Virus record (IMG/VR): IMGVR_UViG_3300042888_002402
DNA length: 64,000 nucleotides
Reading direction: 5' to 3' (one strand)
Source: a virus
Part shown: piece by piece, positions 17,817 through 29,800 of the stretch
Layout of the letters: each line of letters opens with the position of its first letter
Position numbering within the stretch: the stretch's first letter is position 1
Notes under the pieces: model-generated
Databases searched by the model: none
What the model was told of the DNA's origin: nothing
Seen by the model: only the letters and a program-made list of their open reading frames with translations
Made by a program: the position numbers and the translations under genes

Positions 17817-20800
17817 TGGCCACAGTTCGCACAGTTGATTTTTTACCAGAAATATTTCAAACACCGGTTAACAAGCAATTTTTAGCAGCCACTCTTGACC
17901 AACTGGTTCAAGAACCTAAATTTAAAAAATCACAAGGGTTTATAGGACAACGAGTTGGACCCGGGGTCAATGCCAATGACCAGTATGTGATTGAACCTAC
18001 AAAAAGTCGCAATGATTATCAGTTAGAACCTGGCGTGGTTCAAATTGATCCAGTTGATGCTAAAAAAATTGTTGATGTCATAACTTATCCAGGCATAACT
18101 GATGCATTGACTCTGCAAGGTGGAATCACCAACAATGCAGATTATCTTTATACCAGTGATTACTACACCTGGGATCCTTTTGTTGATTTTGATAAATTTG
18201 TAAACTACGCACAATATTTTTGGTTGCCCAATGGACCAATGGCAGTTGATGTGAGTGCCACTGGAGTACCTGTTACCGACAGTTTCACTGTGACTCGTGC
18301 AAATGGAGTCTATACTTTTAGTGGGTATGCAGGCAACAATCCAGTACTAACTTTGGTCAAGGGCGGCAACTATACATTTAATGTGGCACAAAATACCACT
18401 GAAACAATCACATATCGTGTGACCAATAGTGGCACAAGTGCATATGTGATCAATCAAGAATCAAATCCCAGTCTGACTTTGGTTCGAGGAAATACATACT
18501 ATTTTAATCTGTCATTGACTGGCGCTTTTCCTTTTTTTATTAAAACTATTGCCAGCCTGGGCCCGGTCAATGTCTATTCCAATGGAGTCATAAACAACGG
18601 AGCCAGTGACGGACAAATTATATTCACAGTGCCCCAAGATGCTCCAGATGTATTATTTTATTGCAATCCAGTGGAGTTTAATCTACGTGGGCAATTTAAC
18701 ATAATTGACGCAACTGCAGGAACTGGCAATGATTTCTGGATTCAAACTGATCCTGGAATCAATGGACGTATCCCTGCAACTCCTAACATCAGTAGTAGAA
18801 CTATACTTGGAGTAACCAATAATGGTATTGATCTCGGAACTATTACATTTGATGTACCCCTCAGTGACGCACAAAGTTTTTATTATAATTTACCTGCTAT
18901 CCCACTCAACAACGGCACAGTTGATCTTATAACAACAACCTTACAATTCAATCAAGTCAATAATCAATTTCTTGATGCATTTTACACAGCCAATCCCAAT
19001 GGGATAGATGGCATAACAAATTTAAATGGTCGCACCATTGTTTTTACTGCAACTCAAGGTTGGGAAATAACAAGTTTTTTTGATCCGTTGGTCACTGGTC
19101 AAAACGGACAACCAGGCAGCTTTGATAGTTTGCCGTTTGATAACACTACTTTTATTACCAATCCAGAAGAACAATACAGTGTCTGGAGAATTCAGTATCA
19201 AACTGATTCGGGTGGCCAGGTCTATCTGTCATTGACCAGTGTTGCAACTGTGCCAGAATTAGATAAATTTACTATTTTGTTTGGCAACCAATGGGCCAGC
19301 ACACAGTGGTATAAAGATGTCGATGGGTATTTTGAACAAATTCCATTGTTGACTGCAGCACGTAGTGTACTATGGTATCAAGATGGCACGGATCCTAATA
19401 TTTTTGGTCAAATTCGATTAATTGATCAAACGGGTGTTTCTACATTGGATATTGATACTATCATTGGACAAAAAACCTATACAAGTCCCAATGGAGTAAC
19501 ATTCACCAATGGTATGAAAGTAATATTCCGTGGTACTACGGCTCCGGCCAGTTATTCAAATAATGAATATTATATAGAAGGAGTTGGGACTGCAATTCAA
19601 TTGTTGCCAGTAACCAATTTTGTAACACCGGAACCATATGTTGAAGCACAATATGCATTGATCAACAGTGACTCTGCATTGAACGGCCCGTTGACTCCGG
19701 ACTATTTGACAATAAATCGAGCCAGTGGAGATTTAAACCCATGGTCTCGTAGCAATCGTTGGGTTCAAATTGATGTTATCAATGCGTCGGCTGCTTACAA
19801 CAATACTGTTCCTGTGTTAGATAACAATTTTCGTGCTCGCCGACCTATATTAGAATTCCGTGCTGGAACTCGATTGTTTAATTTTGGAACACAAGGCAAA
19901 CCACCGGTTAACATTATTGATTTCACACAAACAGATGCACTAAGAACAGTCAACGGCAGCATTGGTTTTGGCACTGATGGTTATGAGTTAGTCAGCGGTG
20001 ACAGAGTTGTTTTTGCTGCTGATATAGATCCTGTTGTTCGGCGAACAATATATCAGGTTAGTTTTATTATTCCTGATACCGTGCCACCATTGATTTCACA
20101 GCCATTGATTAGTTTAATTCCTGCTGCTGATAGTCCAGCATTGCTTGATCAAAGTGTGTTGTGTTTAAATGGTAACACGTTACAGGGTCAAAGTTTCAGA
20201 TATGACGGTGTTAATTGGGCGGAAGAACAACAAAAACTCAATGTCAATCAACCTCCTCAATTTGACATTTATGATGCTGATGGAATAAGTTTTGGTGACA
20301 GAGTCAAATACTCCAGTTCAAACTTTCTAGGCAGTTCATTGTTCAGTTATGCAGTGGGATCTGGTCCGTTAGATTTATATTTAGGATTTCCGTTAACCTA
20401 TCTGAGTTTGACCAACATTGGTGATATTGTTTTTGATAACAATTTCTATGCTGATTCATTCACCTACACATTGAATACTGTTGGGCAGACTGTGCCATTA
20501 AGTTCCGGATTTGTAAGGCAGTACAGTACCCGATTGCTGTACGACCGAGAAATTGGATGGCAAAATGGAATAACCCAAAGTCAAATTAGACAACAATTTC
20601 AATTTGTCTATGATGGATCGCCTTCACTACTGGATATTGCAGTCAGTACTGGCACAGTGGTTCCTGCAGTACAAGTTTTTATCAATGCTACTTTTCAAGA
20701 ATCTTACAACTATAGAGTCTCTATAGGAACCAACACAACCACAATCACATGGTTGACCGAGTATGCACCTGGAGACTTGATTGAAATTCAAGTGCTCAGT

Positions 20801-23800
20801 GATCAGGTCAGTACAAATGGATTTTTCCAAGTTCCTATGAATTTAGAAAACAATCCATTAAACGGCAACAGCACACAATTTACGCTGGGCACTATTCGCA
20901 ATCATTACAGTACCATTGCTCAAAATCTTATTGGCTTGCAAGGGCCAGTCATTGGTGCAAACAATACCAGAGACCTGGGCAACTTGATCCCTTACGGTTT
21001 ACAGATACTGCAACAAAGTTCGCCGCTCACGTTGGCCGGCTATTTTATGCGAGATCCCAACTATGATGTATTTGCTAGTTTGGATTTTAACAGCCGAGAA
21101 TACATTAAATTTAAATCTTTATTGTTAAACACTGTGATCAGTAACGATTACGGAACAATGACCATTCCAGAAATATTAGATTCTGCAATTGCACAAATCA
21201 CTGTTGGCAGAACAAATTTAAGTCCGTTCTATTGGAGTGACATGTTGCCAACTGGCACCACGTTTATTTCAAACTCCACAACAGTATCACAAATAACAAC
21301 ATCAGTATTCAACACTTCACAAACTTACAATTTTACTGAATCTAACTACTTGGGATTATTAGTATACCTCAATGATGTGTTATTGGTGCGCAACTATGAT
21401 TACATAGTGAGTGTTGATAGTCCTGTGTTGACCATAACAGTACCATTGAGCGTAGGCGATGTTGTCACAATCAATGAATACAGTGATACTGTTGGAAATT
21501 TTGTACCCAACACACCAACCAAATTGGGCTTGTATCCTAAATTCAAGCCTGAAATCTTTTATAATCCTGACTATTTAAATCCTGTTCTGGTTATACAAGG
21601 ACATGATGGTAGTATAACAATAAGTTTTGGTGATTTCAGAGATGAAATCTTGTTAGAATTTGAAAAACGAATTTATGACAATCTTAAAAATGATGGTAAT
21701 CCAGTACCGTTGGTTGCCGAAGATGTTGTGCCAGGATTTTTTAGAACCACGGATTACACACAGGCGCAGATAACACAAATACTCAGTGAAAGTTTTTTAA
21801 CTTGGGTAGGCCAAAACAAAGTAGACTATAAAACACAAAACTATATTGCAACAAACCCGTTTACCTACAACTACAGTGTGTCTGGTAACAAACTCAACGA
21901 AGAACCGTTGTTGGGCGCCTGGCGAGGTATCTATCGTTATTTTTACGATACCACAAGTCCTAATCTAACACCATGGGAAATGCTGGGATTCTCAGAGCAA
22001 CCTGCCTGGTGGACTGCACGTTATGGTCCTGTGCCGTACACCAGTGATAACCTGGTATTATGGGGCGATCTTGAAGCCGGATACATAGCAGATCCTATTG
22101 CACCTTATATTGATCCTCGTTATGTACGTCCTGGATTGACCACAGTGATCCCGGTGGACTCGCAAGGTGAATTACTAAGTCCATTACAAAGCGTAGTGGG
22201 ATTGTATAATCCCAATGCTTGGCGTAAAAGTTGGGTAGTCGGCGATGGCGGTCCAACTGAAGCTTCATGGTGGGCTAGTTCAAGTTATCCGTTTGCAGTC
22301 ATGCGATTGCTAGCGTTAACACGCCCGGCTGAATTTTTTAGTTTGTTTGTGGACAGAGACCTGTATCGCTACAATGCGGAATTTGAACAATATCTCTACA
22401 ATGATCGTTATAGAATCAATGCCAATGAAATTCAAGTTTATGGCAACGGAGTCAGCAAGGCCAGTTACATAAATTGGATTATTGATTATAATCAACAACT
22501 TGGTATTAATTCATCTTCGGCACTAACTAGAGATTTGGCCAATCTTGATGTGAGACTTTGTTATAGAATGGCTGCGTTTACAGACAAACAGTATGCTAAT
22601 ATCTATTTGGAAAAGTCTAGTCCAGACAGCCAAAATTCTAGTTTGTTGTTGCCACCGGAAAGTTGGAATTTATTACTATATGCCAATCAACCTTTTGGTG
22701 AGATTGTGTACAGCTCGCTAATAATTCAACAATTAGAATCAGGGTTCACTGTGTATGGATACAGTAATGTTCAACCATATTTTCCAATTGTGGCCAGTGC
22801 TACCAATGGAACAACACAAACCATCAGTGCCGGTGGCACTGATGTAATAGTTCCTGCACAGTATACCAATAATATAGTTAATATACCTTATGGATACAAT
22901 TTCTCTAACGCTACAATTGTTGTGGATTTTATTTTAAGTTATGGTGTATTTTTAACCAGCCAAGGGTTGGTATTTGACGGAGTACAAAATGGTTACACCC
23001 TTAACTGGGCACAGATGGCTCAAGAATTTTTATACTGGAGCCAACAAGGCTGGGCTCCAGGCACAATTATTAATTTGAATCCTGGTGCCAGTAAAATAAC
23101 TGCATACAAGCCCGGAGCAGTTGTGGCAGCAGTCACAAGTTTGACTCCAGAAAATCAGTTGACTGATCAAAACAAACAGTCGATCAAATCGCGCGATTTG
23201 ATCGTACAACGATACGGAGATACATTTACCATATCATCTGCCACGAATCAAACTATTTCATATCTGGATTTAAAATTTACCAATTATGAAAATATGGCTG
23301 TGTTGGACAATGTTAGTATTTTTAACGATTTAATATATAATCCCATAACCGCAGAACGACAAAGTCGTATGGCCTGGAAGGCCAGTATCAGCAGTGACTG
23401 GGATGGCACTTTAAATGCGCAGGGATTTGTACTAAATCAAAACAATGTTGATCAATGGCAACCTAGTGTAAAATACACCAAGGGTGAAATAGTAATTTAT
23501 AAAAACACCTATTGGAGTGCGTTGAATATAATTCAACCTAGTACAACTTTTGACTATGCCAATTGGGTCAAGAGTGATTATGCTATGATCGCTCAAGGTC
23601 TGTTGCCTAACATTGCCAACAAAGCTGATCAACAAGCCAATAGCTATAATATCTATGATGCCAATTTGGCCAGTGACAATGATTTACTGGCATTTGGTCT
23701 CACTGGATTTAGACCACGTCAATACATGGTTGACCTTGATCTTGATGATGTTAGTCAAATACAGCTTTATCAAAACTTTATTGCCAGTAAAGGTACTAGA

Positions 23801-26800
23801 TTAAGTGCAGAATTATTTACTCAGGCCAATCTTAGAAGAGAAACTGGACAGTACAACATATACGAAAATTGGGGAATACTAATAGGAACCTATGGCGCTA
23901 ATGCCAATCGTAGTTGGTTCGAACTAAATCTCAATCAGGCACTGTTAACTGCCAATCCTAGCACAGTACAAATCATACAACCAGGTCAATCAAGCCAAGC
24001 TGATCAAACAATATTTCTAAGCAATCTCTGGAGTGAAAGTTACGCTATACCTACTGTTAATATTTTGCCTACAACATACGGTACAAATCTTGACACAGCA
24101 TTACCATCTGCAGGCTATGTTAATGTTGACGATGTAGATATAACAGTATTCAATCTCAATGATCCAGAAGCCATCAATGCTAACATTGATACAATCGGCA
24201 ATGGAACAATTATTTGGGTAGCACAAGTTAACAGCTATGATTGGGGCATTTTTAAGTGCATTCAAATTCCAAGTTCCATGACGTTGTTGAGCAACAATTT
24301 AAATGGAACTAGTGTAGCTCAATTCACTGGTACTCATGGGCGATCAGTGGGCGATGTTATTATTATAAGATATTTTAATGACGGAGTCAATGGAGTTTAC
24401 CGAGTATTAAGTGTGCCAACACCCACCACACTAGTGGTTGCATTTGCATTTACCAATACCAATCAAAGTCAAATCACAGGCACAGGATTGGTATTTTATC
24501 TACAAAGCACAAGAGTTGCTCAAGCAAGTGATATTAATAATTTGCCTTTTGTCAATGACCTTGTTTCGGGTGCAAAGGTCTGGGTTGACAACGACGGGTT
24601 TGGCCATTGGGAAGTGTTGGAAAAAACTGCGCCGTTCAACATTGCTGACACACTTACACCTTTTACCTTGTTTACTGATTCTTTGTTTGGTACCAGTGTT
24701 AGTCAAACCACAAATCATCAGAGTGCACTGGTCGGTGCACCCCAGGCCCTGTCTGGTGCAGGCGCAATTTATACATACCGTCAAAATAACATAGTTCCTT
24801 ATGTTGATAATATATTACTGACACTCAATGCCACAGGCACTGCAGGATATGGTAACAGTGCTAAATTTGGCAACAACAATTGGGCTATTGCTGGCGCCAG
24901 CGCCAGCAACGGCAATGCTGGCTATGCAACCACTTTGTATCAAGTTCCTGGCTCCAATAGTTATTTACAAACACAACTGTTGGTTGCACCAGATCAAAAC
25001 TTTGGTCCTACACGATTTGGATCAGCAGTAGCAATAAGTTTTGACGAGCGTTGGATGTATATCAGTGCACCTGGGGCTGATGCAGTGTATGCCTACGGCA
25101 GAGTTGATGTGCCAGTACAATCAGTGACATACACTAGCAATGGCACTACATCATCGTTTAACTGGTCAGAATCAATCACAATTGATCCAACATATCCAAA
25201 TCAGTTGCTGGTGATTGTAAATAATTTAATTGCAATCGAGGGCATTAATTATTATATCAATGCAAACGTAGTGCAATTTTTTACTGCACCAGCTGCTGGT
25301 CAACCAATAACACTGCGACGTAGACAAGCAGCGCAGATTGATCGTCAAGATTATTTTAACATTGAGCAAAATTCAACCAGTGGCACTGGTGTAGGAGCTG
25401 CATTCACAGTGGTAAACACTCGCGGCGTTTACAACCCCACAATAACCACTGCAGGCACTGGATATGCGGTCAATGATACCTTGACCATTGATTATACTCA
25501 AATTTGTCCCAATGGATCAGGTGCAAACAATTTGGTTATAACAGTGACCGAAGTTCAAGCCGGTGCAATTACTGCATTTAGTTTTGCTGGCAGCGGTGTC
25601 ACTACAAACAACGGCTTTGCACTAGTTGAATATTTAAACACAGTGTCTGACATTTACTCATTCACAGTCACAGTCAATGGTGTATTGCAAAGACCGCATC
25701 TTGATTATGATTTCAATAGTGATAGTTCGTTGGATTTTGGTCTGTTAGAATTTAACACTATACCTCCAGCAGGAGCAGACATTGCAGTTTCCGCCAGCAC
25801 ATATTGGCAATATATCAATTCAATTACTGTCAATGGTCTTGGCGCAGACGCAATATTTGGATCTAGTTTGGATACCTCCACTGATGGCCGACAATTGTTG
25901 GTAGGCACTATCAACGACAGTGCCAATACCCCAACTGGCACGGTTCAACTGGCCGGATCAGTGTACGTGTACAATCGTAGTTCTGTAAGCTACCAAATAA
26001 CCAATGCTGCCCAAACCACATACGTAATACCAGGCACATACACTGATCCTGTTGCAGTGTTGTTGAACAACACGTACTTGACCAATACTGCTCAATACAT
26101 CAATGGGCAGTACACAGTGAGTGGCAGCAATATCATATTGAATACTGACCTAACATTGACCATTGGTGATATATTAACAATTGAAACCAACCAGTTCCAA
26201 CTGGTTGAAAAAATTACAGCAAATATTCCAGCAGCACAATCAGCATTTGGATATGCAGTTACTATATGTCCTAATAATTGCAGTGTGTATGTTGGTAGTC
26301 CATTGAGCAGTCAGTCCGGAGTAGTGCAATCCGGCGCTGTTGCGCGATTTGCCAATCAGACTAGAATATACGGAGTAATTACATCAACTGTGGCCAATCC
26401 TACATTGATTGCCGGGGACACCATTAGAGTCAATGACATTGAAGTAGCAGTGCCTGTTGCTCCTGACAACAATCTAGCAGGTCTGGTGGATGCAATAAAT
26501 GCTGCCAATGTGCCAAATGCAGCTGCAACATTGACACCCAATGTGGAGTTTGTTGGCGATGGCACTACTAAAATATACAACGTAGGATCCATTTATTCAG
26601 CTGCTGAATCGTACACCACAGTGGTCTATGTCAACTCAACATTGCAAACAGCCGGTGTAGATTATACCTACAACAATACTACTCAACAAATAATATTTGT
26701 CACTGCTCCGGGTGCAAACTCAGCAATTATTGTAGTGTCTGGAAGAATAACAATATCAGTAATAAACGCAACATCTGTTTCGCCTTTCAACAAACTCAGT

Positions 26801-29800
26801 GTGTTTCCGGGCCTAGTAAACTCTGCATTTGACACAATTGGATTTAATCTCTATGTTTGGGCGCAAGATATTTTAAGTCCAAATCCAACAGACTACGCAC
26901 AATTTGGTTCTAGCATTGGTGTAAATTCTGATGCAATCAATATTGTAGTTGGAGCACCCAATGGTAATGTTTATGAAAGAGAAATATTTGACGGCGGCTC
27001 TACCTATTTCGATGACAGAAGCACAACTTTTTTTAACCCTATTGTCAACAGTGGAGTAGTGTATACATATGACTATTTGTCCGGCACGTCTGCTGCATTT
27101 GTGTCATTGACAAATCCTGGAGCATTTGTGTTTGGACAACAAGTGTACAGCACACAATTAGCAACCGGTGACCAATTTGGTACTGCTGTAAATTATATCA
27201 GTAATCGTTTGTTAATAGGAGCTCCTGGCAGCGATCTTGGAGACAGCAGTGTAAATTATGGCGAAGCATATGTGTTTAATAATCCCACTGGCTCATTGGC
27301 TTGGACTCCAACGTATTTTCAAGAACCAGTGGTTGATACAAATCTTTTAAATACTGTTTACAGCTACGACAAATTGTTAAACAGCACACAAACATATTAT
27401 GATTTCATTGATCCACTGCAAGGAAAAATATTAGGAGCAGCTCGCCAAAACATTGATTACATTGGTGCAGTAGATCCTGCAAATTACAATCAAGGTTCTG
27501 TACATAATGTAGGAACCAGCTGGGGATCAGCGCATGTGGGCGAAATTTGGTGGGATACCAACCGTGTTAGATTTATTAACCCCAGCCAAGACGACATTGT
27601 GTATGCCAGCAAACGTTGGGGACAAGTGTTTCCGGGTAGTAATGTAGACGTTTATCAATGGATAGAAAGTTTAGTAACACCTGCAAATTATGCAGGTCCA
27701 GGTACTCCGTTGAGTACAATCAGTTATACTGTTGCAACCACGGTTGATAATAATGGAATTTTTGAGACATATTACTATTTCTGGGTACGAGGAATCGCAA
27801 CAATAAACACCGCAGTGGGCAAAACTTTAAGTACAACTGGTATTGCCAGTTATATTTTGAATCCCATTGGCAGCGGCATACCTTACATAGCTGGATTAAA
27901 TGCCAGCACTGTGGCAATTTACAATGCAGGTAGTTTATTATCAGCACAAGATACCATACTACATGTTGGCTTCGATCGTCAAGCTACTTCAGGTGATGTT
28001 CATGCTGAATATGCATTTATAGCCGACGGTCAAGCAGATAGTTTTTTAAATGCTAATCTATATCGAAAATTACTAGACAGTTTTTGTGGTGTAGATGTGC
28101 TGGGTAATCTTGTACCAGACCCAATGTTGAGCCCTGGCCAACAGTATGGAGTTCAATTCCGGCCGCGCCAAAGCATGTTTATCGATAGATTTACGGCACT
28201 ACAAAACTACTTGACTCGTGCTAACAATGTACTGGCGCAGTATCCTATCAGTGAGATTCGCAGTTTTAATTTGCTCAATAGTTCAGAACCAAAACCTGCG
28301 CCCAACACAGGAGCTTGGAATTTTGAAGTGCCTAATCTTGAAACACTAAGGTATCAAAATCTTGCACAAGTTCCGCTGGGATATTTGTATCTAGTAGATT
28401 CTGATTCAAGTCAACAAGGACTATGGACAATTTATGAAGTTGCTCAAGGTAGCATACTGGGTCAACGAGTTCTGAATCTTACACGTATACAAAATTATGA
28501 CACTACCTTGTACTGGAACTATATCAACTGGTATCTACCAGGATACAATAGTTCAACACAGATAGTGGCAACTGTTGCCAATTATTCAGACCTCAGCACA
28601 TTGACCTTACAAACTGCGCCTATAGGCACTAGTGTAAAAGTTTCTGCCAACAGTCAAGGCAAATTTGAAATTTATAATAGAACTGCAACAGGATGGGATC
28701 GAGTTGCATTGCAAGATGGCACCATTGAATTCAGTGCAAAATTATGGAACTATGCTCTGGGACCATACGGGTTTGACGCCGAAGTGTTTGATGCTCAATA
28801 CTTTGATCAAGAACCAGTGATAGAAACTCGTCAGATTATTCGTGCACTAAATCAAGAAATTTACATTGATGATCTCTTGATAGAACGAAATCAATCATTG
28901 ATTTTGATGTTTAACTTTATCTACAGTGAATTTACTGCACCAGAATGGCTAATAAAAACCAGTTTTATCAATGTAGATCATAGATTACAGGCGTTGTTGC
29001 CTTATCAATTGTACCAACCTGAAAATCAAACATTTGTAGAAGATTATATCCAAGAAGTCAAACCATATCACACACAGATACTTAACTTTAACCTTATCTA
29101 TGATGGTACAGATACCTATGCTGGATCTTTAACTGACTATGATGTACCAGCTTACTGGAACACTGATTTACAAATTCCACAATTTGTAAGTCCGGTATTG
29201 ACTCCGTATACCAGCGCCCTTAGCACCACAGAAAATTTCAACAGTGATGCTGCATCTAATGCTGCCGTCTGGTTGCAATTTCCTTGGAATCAATGGTACA
29301 ACAACTATCTATTAGAAATTCAAGATGTTATTGTTGTCAACGGCGGATCAGGGTATAGTTATAACAATCCGCCAACTGTGACAGTGACTGGTACCTGTGT
29401 AACGCCAGCCACAATGACTGCAACAGTCAATGGTGCTGGACAAGTAACTGCTATTAATATTATTACTCCCGGAGCTGGATACAGTACCACTGCACAGATT
29501 GTATTGACATCCGCAGTGGGATCTGGAGCCATCTGTGTTGCACAAATGGCCAATGATCTTGTCAGATCAATCCGTACAGTGATAAAATATGATAGATATG
29601 AATATCAAAGCTCTATAGTAGAATGGCAACCCAATGTTGTTTATACTCAAGGCACACAGGTGCGCTATGTGAATGTGGTCTGGAGTGCCAACACCACACA
29701 ATCATCTGCTAGCTTTTTACCTTCTGATTGGACATTGGTAAGTGCTGACTCGCTAAGTGGTGTAAATCGTACTCAGGGATTTTATACACCGGGTCCAGAT

